A stretch of 64,000 bases of DNA from an uncultured delta proteobacterium (GTDB taxonomy: Bacteria > Desulfobacterota > Binatia > Binatales > Binataceae): assembly GCA_963842085.1 (NCBI GenBank), contig CAWJET010000001.1:2944001-3008000 (forward strand), in the 5' to 3' direction. The notes beneath the pieces were generated by a model. That model did no database searches. It saw nothing but the letters and a program-made list of their open reading frames with translations, and had not been told where the DNA came from. Below, one piece after another: positions 24,025-32,233 of this stretch. Positions within the stretch are counted from its first letter, which is position 1, and each line of letters starts with the position of its first letter. Made by a program: the position numbers and the translations under genes.

Positions 24025-24897
24025 ATGCTCAAGCGCGTTGACAGAATTCAGATTGGAGTCGCGGACCGCAATGCGGCCGAGCGGGTCGTCGCGGAAGTCT
24101 TCGGCGCGGAACTGATTCGCCGCGACAAGGCGGCGCCGCTGGCCGCCAGGCGAACTACGATGCAGGCGGGGACGAGCTTCGTCGAAATTCTCGAACCCGA
24201 TGGCGCCGGCGCGGTCCAGGATTTCGTCGCCAAATGGGGCAGCGGACTTTTCGGCGCGGGATTTTCGGTGGATGACCACGCCGCGGCCGCGCGTCATCTC
24301 GCGAAATGCGGCGTCAACTTCGAGCAATCCGCGGGACAACTGTATCTCGACGCTGCCGCAACGTTCGGGATGCGCACTGTCATCTCGCAGCATCACGAGC
24401 GCGCGCCCGTCGGCGCGATCGAGTGGGCCTACGAAGTCACCAACGTCGTTGGCGATTGGCGGGCGGCGTCGGAGCGCTATGCGCGCATCTTCGGTCTCGA
24501 CCCGGCGAAGTTCAGTCCAATCGAGAGCAAGCAGTTCGGCTACACCGGCACGCTCACGCTGTTCGAGCCTCCCGCGCGGCTGGACCGAATCGAGATCGCG
24601 CAAATCACGGAGCCCAGCCTTGCGATGGGCCGCTTCCACCAGCGCCGCGGCGACTCGCTGTACATGTTTTTCGTCGAGACCGACGACGTCGGCGCGCTCG
24701 AACAGCGCCTGCAGGCGCGCGGCGCGCGTTTCGCAGCGCAACGACGCGACGAGGCGGGACTGGCGGAGTTGTTCATCCATCCCTCGGCATTTCTCGGCGT
24801 GCTGGTCGGCGTCAGCCGCACCGAGCACGCCTGGCTGTGGTCCGGCGACCCCGAGCGCGCGAAGCGCGCCGCCAACGAGCGCGCGCTGAAAGTCTAG
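24025..24897 (+). CDS. VOC (glyoxalase-like) family protein, two domains
   Basis: MLKRVDRIQIGVAD, VEILEP, RIEIAQ, LFIHP. Confidence 0.75.
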   Translation: MLKRVDRIQIGVADRNAAERVVAEVFGAELIRRDKAAPLAARRTTMQAGTSFVEILEPDGAGAVQDFVAKWGSGLFGAGFSVDDHAAAARHLAKCGVNFEQSAGQLYLDAAATFGMRTVISQHHERAPVGAIEWAYEVTNVVGDWRAASERYARIFGLDPAKFSPIESKQFGYTGTLTLFEPPARLDRIEIAQITEPSLAMGRFHQRRGDSLYMFFVETDDVGALEQRLQARGARFAAQRRDEAGLAELFIHPSAFLGVLVGVSRTEHAWLWSGDPERAKRAANERALKV

Positions 24898-24910
24898 CGC
24901 CCCGGAATTG

Positions 24911-24971
24911 GGTGCAGTGGTCACCCCTGCCCAAGGAAGTGTGAAACCCACGGTAGGTTTCACTACGATTA
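24911..24971 (+). repeat. Family C double-hairpin element, copy 1
   Basis: GGTGCAGTGGTCACCCCTGC..GTGAAACCCACGGTAGGTTTCAC; 55/61 identical to 40796-40856. Confidence 0.85.
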
Positions 24972-24976
24972 GGTTC

Positions 24977-26152
24977 TTACTTGGTCTCGCGCATTGCGCG
25001 CACCAGAATCGCCGCGAGCTCCGGGCGCGTGAATTCCGGCGGCGGCGCTTCCCCCGCGCGCAGCATCTCGCGGACTTTCGTGCCCGACAGTATCAAACGG
25101 TCCGCGTCGGTATGCGGGCAGGTCTTGAACGACGCCATCGCGTTGCATCGCTTGCAGTAAAAGGTGTTCTCGAACATCAGCGGCGTGATCCCGAGTTCCG
25201 CCGGCGCGAAGCGCTCGAAGATCTTCTGCGCGTCGTAGCTGCCGTAGTAACTGCCGACGCCGGCGTGGTCGCGCCCCACGATGAAATGCGTGCAGCCGTA
25301 GTTGCGCCGCGCGATGGCGTGCAGGATCGCCTCGCGCGGGCCGCCGTAGCGCATGTGCGCCGGGAACACGCCGATCATCGCGCGATTCTTCGGGTAGTAC
25401 AGGTCGAGCAGCACCTTGTAGGTCTCCATCCTGACCGCGGCGGGCACGTCGTCGCCCTTGGTCTCGCCGACCAGCGGATGGATCATCAGGCCGTCGCAGA
25501 TTTCCAGCGCCGCTTTCTGGATATACTCGTGCGCGCGATGGGTCGGGTTGCGGGTCTGGAAGGCGACGATCTTCTTCCAGCCACGCTCGCGGAACGCCGC
25601 GCGCGTCTGCCGCGGCTCGCGCGGAAATTCCAGGAACGTGCGCCCCGGTATCTCCTCGACCAGCGTGACCTTGCCCGCAATGCAGTACGGCGGCATCGAG
25701 GTGACGTTCTTCGCCCCCGGATGCGCATCCTCGGCAGTGCCGAACACGTTTTGCGCTTCTAGTTTGCGATCGACTTTGTAAATTTCCGCGAGCTTGAGAA
25801 TCGCCAGCCGCTTGCCGTCTTCGGTCGCCAGCGCGATCTCATTGCCCGTCTTCAGAGACTTCGCTGTCGCCTCATCGACGCCCAGCGTGATTGGAATCGA
25901 CCACGGTGCTCCCGACGCAAGGCGCATCTCGTCGCGCGAGCGTGTGTAATCGGCCTCGCCCATGAAGCCCGTCAGCGGCGAGAACGCGCCCGTCGCGAGC
26001 ATCTCGAGGTCGGCCAGGTCGCGCGCGTTGAGCGTGACGCTCGCGAGCTTCGCGGCATGCGCCGCCAGCGCAGCGCGCTCGGAGGCCGGCGCTTTCAGAT
26101 CGACCAGCTCGCCGCCGCCGTGCGCCCCGATTGCGTCGTCGCGCACGCTCAT
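24977..26152 (-). CDS. sat: Sulfate adenylyltransferase
   Basis: [41 protein letters not shown]. Confidence 0.95.
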   Translation of the reverse strand: MSVRDDAIGAHGGGELVDLKAPASERAALAAHAAKLASVTLNARDLADLEMLATGAFSPLTGFMGEADYTRSRDEMRLASGAPWSIPITLGVDEATAKSLKTGNEIALATEDGKRLAILKLAEIYKVDRKLEAQNVFGTAEDAHPGAKNVTSMPPYCIAGKVTLVEEIPGRTFLEFPREPRQTRAAFRERGWKKIVAFQTRNPTHRAHEYIQKAALEICDGLMIHPLVGETKGDDVPAAVRMETYKVLLDLYYPKNRAMIGVFPAHMRYGGPREAILHAIARRNYGCTHFIVGRDHAGVGSYYGSYDAQKIFERFAPAELGITPLMFENTFYCKRCNAMASFKTCPHTDADRLILSGTKVREMLRAGEAPPPEFTRPELAAILVRAMRETK

Positions 26153-26691
26153 CGCCGTCCTCCCCGGTTGATGTAGCTCAGCTCCTCGAGCCGCCCGATC
26201 AACTTGCCCAGGCTCTGGTCGACGGTTTCCACGCTGCTGTCGACGACCAGCTCGGGCTTCAGCGGCTCTTCGTACGGGTCCGACACGCCGGTGAAAGATT
26301 TGATCTCGCCGGCCAGCGCCTTCTTGTAGAGCCCCTTGACGTCGCGCTCGACGAGCTTGTCGATCGTGCAGCGCACGTACACTTCGAAGAAGCGGTCGTG
26401 CTTGCGGCGCACCTCGTCGCGAATCTCCCGGTAGGGCGAAATCGCCGCCGAAATCGCGATCACGCCGTTGCGCGACAGCAGATGGCACACGTAGCCGATC
26501 CGCCGGATGTTAATGTCGCGATCCTCCTTGGAAAAGCCGAGTCCCTTGGAAAGATTGGTGCGGACTTCGTCGCCGTCGAGGATTTCGACGCGATGCGCCC
26601 GACTGCGCAGTTCTTCGGCCGCCAGATTCGCAAGCGTGGATTTCCCCGCCCCGGACAGTCCCGTAAACCACAAGGTAAAGCCTTGATCCAT
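26149..26691 (-). CDS. cysC: Adenylyl-sulfate kinase
   Basis: [30 protein letters not shown]. Confidence 0.95.
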   Translation of the reverse strand: MDQGFTLWFTGLSGAGKSTLANLAAEELRSRAHRVEILDGDEVRTNLSKGLGFSKEDRDINIRRIGYVCHLLSRNGVIAISAAISPYREIRDEVRRKHDRFFEVYVRCTIDKLVERDVKGLYKKALAGEIKSFTGVSDPYEEPLKPELVVDSSVETVDQSLGKLIGRLEELSYINRGGRR

Positions 26692-26710
26692 CGGCAAAAA
26701 CTGATGCTCC

Positions 26711-26758
26711 TCAATAATAGATTACTTACTGAACTCTTCAAGTTACTTAATATTATTG
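26711..26758 (-). promoter_or_regulatory. AT-rich promoter/operator region of cysC-sat
   Basis: Minus strand TTGAAG-N16-TATTAT; CAATAATA...TATTATTG inverted repeat; TAAGTAA direct repeats 21 bp apart; GAGGAG RBS. Confidence 0.5.
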
Positions 26759-26800
26759 GAGGAAACAAGGCTGCAACAAAGGACCCCTTCGCGAATTCTA

Positions 26801-26881
26801 AACCGGAACCGGCTTCGCTGGCCCGAAGCTGTCCGAGATCCTTGCGCTGCGCTCGCGATGCTCGCAGCGTTCAGGATGACA
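26801..26881 (-). repeat. Family A element (reverse orientation); supplies the HAD gene stop codon
   Basis: rc: TGTCATCCTGAACGCTGCGAGCATCGCGAGCGCAGCGCAAGGATCTCGGACAGCTTCGGGCCAGCGAAGCCGGTTCCGGTT. Confidence 0.85.
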
Positions 26882-27560
26882 AGCCAGCGGGCAGGTTCAG
26901 TTGAATCGCAAGCGCGGCCGGTGAGCCGAAGATTTCGGCGGCGCCCGCCGCCAACAGTCGATCCCGCGCGCTATCGGTAGGCGCGATTCCGTAAAACCTC
27001 ACGCCGCAACTTTGCGCGGCGCGAAGGTCGGCTTCGCTGTCGCCGACGAATGCGGCCTCCGATCGATCGATGGAAAATACTTCGAGCGCGCGAATCAGCA
27101 TGTCGGGCGCCGGCTTGAGTCCGAGCAGTGTGTCGCGCCCGACGATGGCATCGACGCATGGGTGCCCATTTCTGTCGAACCAGCGCGCGACCGTTCTCGA
27201 GGAGTTGGACGTCACGATCGCGACTGCGGCGCCGCTTTGTTTCAATGCCGCCAGTGTTTCGACTGCTCCTTCGAGCGGCTGTGCGCGATCGACTCCCGCA
27301 AGCTCGATCTTCTCGATTATCTCAGAAGCATGCCGCAGTCGTTCGATGACCTCAGCTCCGTTGGCTTGTGCGAGCATGAGGGTGCGGTAGGCATCGTAGA
27401 GCGGGAGGTTGCCGCGCGGGATTCGCGCGAACAGTTCGTCGGGCGCGCCGATCGAGCGCAGGTAGGGCTCGAGGATGAGCCGGCCGCCCGCCCAATCGAC
27501 CTCGGGCTCGAGCCGCGCGATCGTGTTGTCGAAGTCGAACATCCAGAGCTTGTACATCAC
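26871..27560 (-). CDS. HAD-superfamily hydrolase (subfamily IA)
   Basis: FDFDNT, VTSN, KPAP, VGDSEAD. Confidence 0.88.
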   Translation of the reverse strand: MMYKLWMFDFDNTIARLEPEVDWAGGRLILEPYLRSIGAPDELFARIPRGNLPLYDAYRTLMLAQANGAEVIERLRHASEIIEKIELAGVDRAQPLEGAVETLAALKQSGAAVAIVTSNSSRTVARWFDRNGHPCVDAIVGRDTLLGLKPAPDMLIRALEVFSIDRSEAAFVGDSEADLRAAQSCGVRFYGIAPTDSARDRLLAAGAAEIFGSPAALAIQLNLPAGLSS

Positions 27561-28159
27561 GGATCGACGCGAACCCTGGTCTCATAGCCGTCGAACTCGA
27601 TTGTCGCGCGCGACGGATTTTCCGCGTATCCGGCGAGCAGCTTGAATGCTTCCGCCGTCGCGAGCATCGCGATAAAATCCGCGGCCTCCGAACGCGTGCC
27701 GACCGATGCAGGCATCGACGCGTCGACGGTTCGCCCGCCCTGGGTTCGGGGGATGACGATAATTTTTCCCGGCGCGTCGAGACGCGCGATCACCAATGCT
27801 GGCACATCTCGATTGTTCGCGATCTCATGTGCAACCTTCCGAGCCGAATCACTTCCGACAATCACGAATGCCAAATTAATGCGTCCTCGTGGTTCATTCG
27901 CGACGGTGACGGATACGTCGGCATTCAGTGCGCGCGCTTGTGCGATCTTCTCGGCGAATCCGGCTTCGTTGCCGGCTACTCGAACGCCTATCGCTCCAAC
28001 TCCCGCACCGACCAGGTACGCGAGCGGCGCTTCGATATCGCGCGCGTCTCCCGCCAGCAGCATCCGTGCGGCGAGCAAGCGTTCCTGGCCGCGGCCGCCG
28101 ACGCGCGGCACGATGATTTGCCGGCTGTAGCGATCGATTTGCGCGTCAGTCAGGGTCAT
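27557..28159 (-). CDS. Catalytically dead ThiF/MoeB-like (E1-like) protein
   Basis: Keeps RYSRQII..VGGRGQERL, LVGAGVG, ALNADVSV and the AEAFKLLAG dimer helix; lacks GxGxxG and SNLxRQ; contains no Cys. Confidence 0.75.
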   Translation of the reverse strand: MTLTDAQIDRYSRQIIVPRVGGRGQERLLAARMLLAGDARDIEAPLAYLVGAGVGAIGVRVAGNEAGFAEKIAQARALNADVSVTVANEPRGRINLAFVIVGSDSARKVAHEIANNRDVPALVIARLDAPGKIIVIPRTQGGRTVDASMPASVGTRSEAADFIAMLATAEAFKLLAGYAENPSRATIEFDGYETRVRVDP

Positions 28160-28174
28160 CGCACACGCGCACGG

Positions 28175-28420
28175 TCACTCGATCACGTTCTTTTCGATTG
28201 GCTCGACGGTGACTCCGGTGCTGCGCAACCAGGTCAGCGCGCGTTCGATCTGATCCGAGCTGCCTTCGAATTCGACGGCGACGAGTCCCATCTCCTCGGA
28301 CACGCTCGCGCCCCGAATATTGAAAACGAGGTCGAACTTCTTCACCAGCTGGTAAAGGATCGGCTCCTTGATCAGCGTGCGCGGATAGCTCAGGTAGTAG
28401 CGTTCGTGGATACGTTCCAT
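28175..28420 (-). CDS. Standalone NIL-domain protein
   Basis: KEPILYQLVKKFDLVFNIRGASV..GLVAVEFEG..ALTWLRSTGVTVEPI. Confidence 0.8.
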   Translation of the reverse strand: MERIHERYYLSYPRTLIKEPILYQLVKKFDLVFNIRGASVSEEMGLVAVEFEGSSDQIERALTWLRSTGVTVEPIEKNVIE

Positions 28421-28427
28421 TTGCGGG

Positions 28428-29501
28428 TTACTTCTTCTTCCACTTGGCGATGACTTGTTGCAGGCGCTCGCGACGCCATTCCTGCCATCCGATCCACAAA
28501 TTCGTCGACAGATATTTGTCGCCGAAGTCGGCGAACACGGTGACTATCGTGCCTTCGCGAATTGAGCGCGCGACCCTGAGCGCTGCGATCATCGCGGCCC
28601 CCGACGATTGGCCGACCAGGATGCCTTCGGTCTGCCCGAGCGCGTACACCATCTCGTACGCTTCTTCGGTGCCGACCGGGATTTTGTCGTCGAGCTGTTT
28701 TTCGTGATAGATGCCGGGTACGATCGAGCTCGCCATGTGCTTGAGGCCCTCGAGCCCGTGCATCGCGTCGTCCGGCTCGACCGCAATCACTTTGAGCGCG
28801 CGGTTCTTCGCTTTGAGAAACCTGCCCGTGCCCATCACCGTGCCGCCGGTGCCGATCGCCGCAACGAAATGGGTCACCTGGCCGCGCGTCTGGCGCCAGA
28901 TTTCCGGGCCGGTGGTCTCGAAATGCGCAATCGAGTTGGCCTCGTTGTTGTACTGGTCGGGCTTGAAGTAGCGCCCGGGGTTGTCCTCGATAAGGCGGCG
29001 GCACATGACGATCGCGCCGTCGGAACCTTCCATCGGATCCGAGAAATGAATTTTTGCGCCGTAAGCCTCGACGATTTTCTTGCGCTCGCGGCTCACGTTC
29101 GACGGCATCACCAGCTCGACCGGGTAGCCGAGCGTCGCACCAAGCATCGCCAGCGCGATTCCGGTGTTGCCCGAGGTCGAATCCAGGATCACCTTGCCTG
29201 GTTTCAGCTTGCCTTCGTTGATTCCCACCTCGAGCATTTTCTTCGCCGGCCGATCCTTGACCGAGCCGCCGGGGTTGAAGCCCTCGAGCTTGGCGAAAAT
29301 CCGCACGCCCGCGGGGATCAACCCCGCCGTCAGCCGGGTGATCTCCAGCAGCGGAGTATTGCCGACGAGATCGAGCACGCTGTTCGCGCGCCCAACCGGG
29401 ACGATCTCGCGGAGCGGCGCGACACGGCTGCCCGCGCTGTCGCGAGCGCCGGCGTCAGCGTCCGCCGGCAATCGCGGGAACGATTGAGATGTCGTCGCCA
29501 T
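28428..29501 (-). CDS. cysM: PLP-dependent cysteine synthase (CysM-like); start uncertain
   Basis: GNTPL, KLEGFNPGGSVKDR, STSGNTG, IGTGGT, GQSSGA, DFGDKYLS. Confidence 0.85.
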   Translation of the reverse strand: MATTSQSFPRLPADADAGARDSAGSRVAPLREIVPVGRANSVLDLVGNTPLLEITRLTAGLIPAGVRIFAKLEGFNPGGSVKDRPAKKMLEVGINEGKLKPGKVILDSTSGNTGIALAMLGATLGYPVELVMPSNVSRERKKIVEAYGAKIHFSDPMEGSDGAIVMCRRLIEDNPGRYFKPDQYNNEANSIAHFETTGPEIWRQTRGQVTHFVAAIGTGGTVMGTGRFLKAKNRALKVIAVEPDDAMHGLEGLKHMASSIVPGIYHEKQLDDKIPVGTEEAYEMVYALGQTEGILVGQSSGAAMIAALRVARSIREGTIVTVFADFGDKYLSTNLWIGWQEWRRERLQQVIAKWKKK

Positions 29502-29733
29502 CCTTTACCTTGGAATTGATCGCATCGAGGAAGCGGACGTCGTCGCCGTTGAGATAAATGTTGACGAAGCGGCGGATGTCGCCTTTTTCATCGAGCAGCC
29601 GCTCGCGTATTCCCGGATGGCGCCGATCGAGGTCTTCGATCACCGCCTTGATCGAAGCGCCGTCGGCCGGAACTTCGTCGACACCCGCGGTGAACCTTCG
29701 AAGTGGAGTTGGAACTCTGACGCGTACTGCCAT
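29455..29733 (-). CDS. MoaD/ThiS/CysO-family ubiquitin-like sulfur carrier with a C-terminal GG-R extension
   Basis: VPTPLRRFT..RRFVNIYLNGDDVRF..ISIVPAIAGGR*. Confidence 0.9.
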   Translation of the reverse strand: MAVRVRVPTPLRRFTAGVDEVPADGASIKAVIEDLDRRHPGIRERLLDEKGDIRRFVNIYLNGDDVRFLDAINSKVKDGDDISIVPAIAGGR

Positions 29734-29803
29734 GATTGGGGACTTGCCTCCTGATTGAATTGCTACACTTATGCCCGCCGCATAGTCCAAACAAGCGCCG
29801 CCG

Positions 29804-31072
29804 TTACGCCGCGCTGTCTGCGGTGCGTTTCCCATTGGTGAGCCGGTCGAACAACGCGTCGAAATCCTTCAGCCGCGCGTCGATGATCGACGGCTGCTCG
29901 ATCGCGTTGGCAACCGCCTCGAGCGTCTTGTAGCCGTTGCCGGTTATCGACACGACCACGGTTTCGTCGGCCTTGATGCGTCCCTGTTTGACCAGCTTGA
30001 GCGTGACCGCGAGCGTGGTGCCGCCGGCGGGCTCGGCGAAAATTCCCTCGGTGCGCGCGAGCAACTTGATCGCGTCGATGATCTCCGGGTCGGTGGCGAC
30101 GTCGCCCCATCCGCCGGAATCGCGCACCGCCTTGAGCACATAGAAGCCGTCGGCCGGATTTCCGATCGCGATCGATTTCGCGATCGTGTCGGGCTTCACC
30201 GGCGTTATCAGGTCAGTGCCCTTGTGCAGCGCGTGGATAACCGGCGCGGAGCCGGCCGCCTGCGCGGAATGAATCTTGAACTCGCCGCTCTTGATTAGCC
30301 CGACCTCCTTCAGCTCCTTAAATGCCTTCGCGACTTTCGGCAGAATCGTCCCGCCCGCGGTTGGCACCACGATATGGTCCGGCAGCCGCCAGCCGAGCTG
30401 CTCGGCGACTTCGAAGCCGAAAGTCTTTGCACCCTCGGTGTAGAACGGACGCAGGTTGATATTGACGAAGGCCCACCCGTACTTGTCCGCGATCTCGCTG
30501 CACAGCCGGTTGACGTCGTCGTAGTTGCCCCGAATCGTGATCACGCGCGCGCCGTAAATCGTCGAGCCGACGATTTTTCCCGACTCCACGCCTTCGGGCA
30601 TGAAGATGTAGCATTGCAGTCCCGCGCGCGCCGCGTGCGCCGCCACCGCCGTCGCCAGGTTGCCGGTCGACGCGCAGGATACGGTGGTGAAGCCGAACTC
30701 GCGCGCCTTGGTGATTGCCACCGACACGACGCGGTCCTTGTACGACAGGGTCGGATGGTTGACGGTGTCGTCCTTGACGTAGAGATGCTCGAGCCCGAGA
30801 TCCGCGCCCAGCCGCTTGCAATGCAGCAGTGGGGTGAAGCCGGAGTTGGGGCCGACGACCTCGTTCTCGTTGAAATCGACCGGCAGCAATTCGCGATAGC
30901 GCCACAGATTGTGCGGACGTCTCTCGATTATCGAGCGCGAGAGCGCCGCGCGAATCCGCGCGTAGTCGTAGGTGACCTCGAGCGGACCGAAGCACGTCTC
31001 GCAGACGTGGAGCGGGCTTATCGGATACTCCTGGCCGCATTCGCGACACTTCAAATTGGTGATGTAGCTCAT
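29804..31072 (-). CDS. Threonine-synthase-like PLP enzyme (possibly O-phosphohomoserine sulfhydrylase)
   Basis: N-terminal CRECG..CETCFG zinc knuckle; HPTLSYKDR, ASTGNL, EGAKT, EGIFAEPAGG, TGNGYK. Confidence 0.85.
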   Translation of the reverse strand: MSYITNLKCRECGQEYPISPLHVCETCFGPLEVTYDYARIRAALSRSIIERRPHNLWRYRELLPVDFNENEVVGPNSGFTPLLHCKRLGADLGLEHLYVKDDTVNHPTLSYKDRVVSVAITKAREFGFTTVSCASTGNLATAVAAHAARAGLQCYIFMPEGVESGKIVGSTIYGARVITIRGNYDDVNRLCSEIADKYGWAFVNINLRPFYTEGAKTFGFEVAEQLGWRLPDHIVVPTAGGTILPKVAKAFKELKEVGLIKSGEFKIHSAQAAGSAPVIHALHKGTDLITPVKPDTIAKSIAIGNPADGFYVLKAVRDSGGWGDVATDPEIIDAIKLLARTEGIFAEPAGGTTLAVTLKLVKQGRIKADETVVVSITGNGYKTLEAVANAIEQPSIIDARLKDFDALFDRLTNGKRTADSAA

Positions 31073-31089
31073 CGTTTCCTCGATTCCTG

Positions 31090-31797
31090 TTACTTGCCCG
31101 GCGCTTGCGCCTCGCGACGGTCGGGCTTCCACGCGCCGCAGCCGCATCCACGGCGCGGACTAACCGCCGCGATTCGCACCCGGGCCGGGCCGGACGCGTC
31201 GTACGTGAGAATTTTTCCTGAGAGCAACGGTGTTTGCGCGCGCATCGCGCGCATCGCCTCGGACGCCTGTATCTCGCCAATCGCGCCCGCGACCGGCCCG
31301 GCGATCCCAGCCTCGCGGCAACTCTGGATTTCGTCCTCATCGGGCGCCGTCTCGAACACGCAGCGGATACACGCCGTCTCGCCCGGGATCACCGTCATCG
31401 CCTGCCCGGTCATCCCGACCACGCCGCCATAAACGAAGGGCGTCCGCGCCGCGATACACGTGTCGTTGATCAAAAGTTTCGCGGCCGGACTGTCCGTCGC
31501 GTCGATAACAAAGTCGTGTGCGGCGACCAGACGCGCCGCGTTGGACGCGTCGAGCGCAACCGCATGCCGCTTGACGTTGAGGTCAGGAAACCGCTCGGCG
31601 AGCCATCGTGCGGCAGCGTCGACCTTGGGCGTGCCGATATCGACGGGACGATAAATCACCTGGCGCGCGAGATTAGACAGCTCGACCGGGTCCGGGTCGA
31701 CCAGTGTCATCCCCCGAGCACCGGCGCGCCCGAGCGCCCACGATGCGGGGACGCCAAGTCCTCCCAAGCCAACGATCAGTATTCGTTCCGTTGCCAC
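31090..31797 (-). CDS. ThiF/MoeB-family adenylyltransferase (E1-like) lacking the N-terminal arginine-finger helix
   Basis: GLGGLG, DPDPVELSNLARQ, DATD, CIRC, SCREAG; GTG start with GGGAGAGG RBS and an in-frame stop upstream. Confidence 0.88.
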   Translation of the reverse strand: MATERILIVGLGGLGVPASWALGRAGARGMTLVDPDPVELSNLARQVIYRPVDIGTPKVDAAARWLAERFPDLNVKRHAVALDASNAARLVAAHDFVIDATDSPAAKLLINDTCIAARTPFVYGGVVGMTGQAMTVIPGETACIRCVFETAPDEDEIQSCREAGIAGPVAGAIGEIQASEAMRAMRAQTPLLSGKILTYDASGPARVRIAAVSPRRGCGCGAWKPDRREAQAPGK

Positions 31798-31801
31798 GTC
31801 A

Positions 31802-31835
31802 GTCGCGCCTCTCCCGTCTTGTCGAGAGCCGCAAC
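31802..31835 (-). promoter_or_regulatory. SD-sequestering hairpin (candidate riboswitch expression platform)
   Basis: Minus strand GTTGCG-G-CTCTC..loop..GAGAG-G-CGCGAC pairs over the GGGAGAGG RBS. Confidence 0.5.
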
Positions 31836-31903
31836 GCCGTCAGTGCCTATGGGAAGCCGGTGAAAATCCTGCGATGGCGATAAGACGAGGGCTTAATACA
31901 CTC

Positions 31904-32022
31904 GCCTTATCTTCCAGGAGACTCTCGCGCGGAGAACCCCTGCAGGAGTTAGCACCAGCACCCATCACGGGCCGGTTGCTGCGGCATCAGCGGGCCAGTC
32001 CCTCCGCCGCTCTCGATAAGGC
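31904..32022 (-). ncRNA. SAM-I (S-box) riboswitch
   Basis: rc: GCCTTATCGAGAGCGGCGGAGGGACTGGCCCGCTGATGCCGCAGCAACC...GGTGCTAACTCCTGCAG...CTGGAAGATAAGGC; P1 CTTATC/GATAAG and all S-box cores present; lies upstream of sulfur amino-acid genes. Confidence 0.92.
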
Positions 32023-32043
32023 TGCAATCGATGCAGTCGCCTA

Positions 32044-32073
32044 ACGGTAATATGCGGGCGCAGGCGTTGTCAA
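32044..32073 (-). promoter_or_regulatory. sigma70-like promoter for the riboswitch leader
   Basis: Minus strand TTGACA-N18-TACCGT, about 20 nt before P1. Confidence 0.55.
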
Positions 32074-32233
32074 TCGACAAACCAATCGGTCAGCCGTATG
32101 CCGAATTCGTTTGCTACTTGGCGCGCATTTTGTCCATGTTCGCCCCAACCTTTTGGGGGCCCTTTTGCGGGGAATCAAATCTCGCAGAGCCGGTGCTGCG
32201 GATTTTGCGATAAAAGGGCAGAGGAGATCGACT

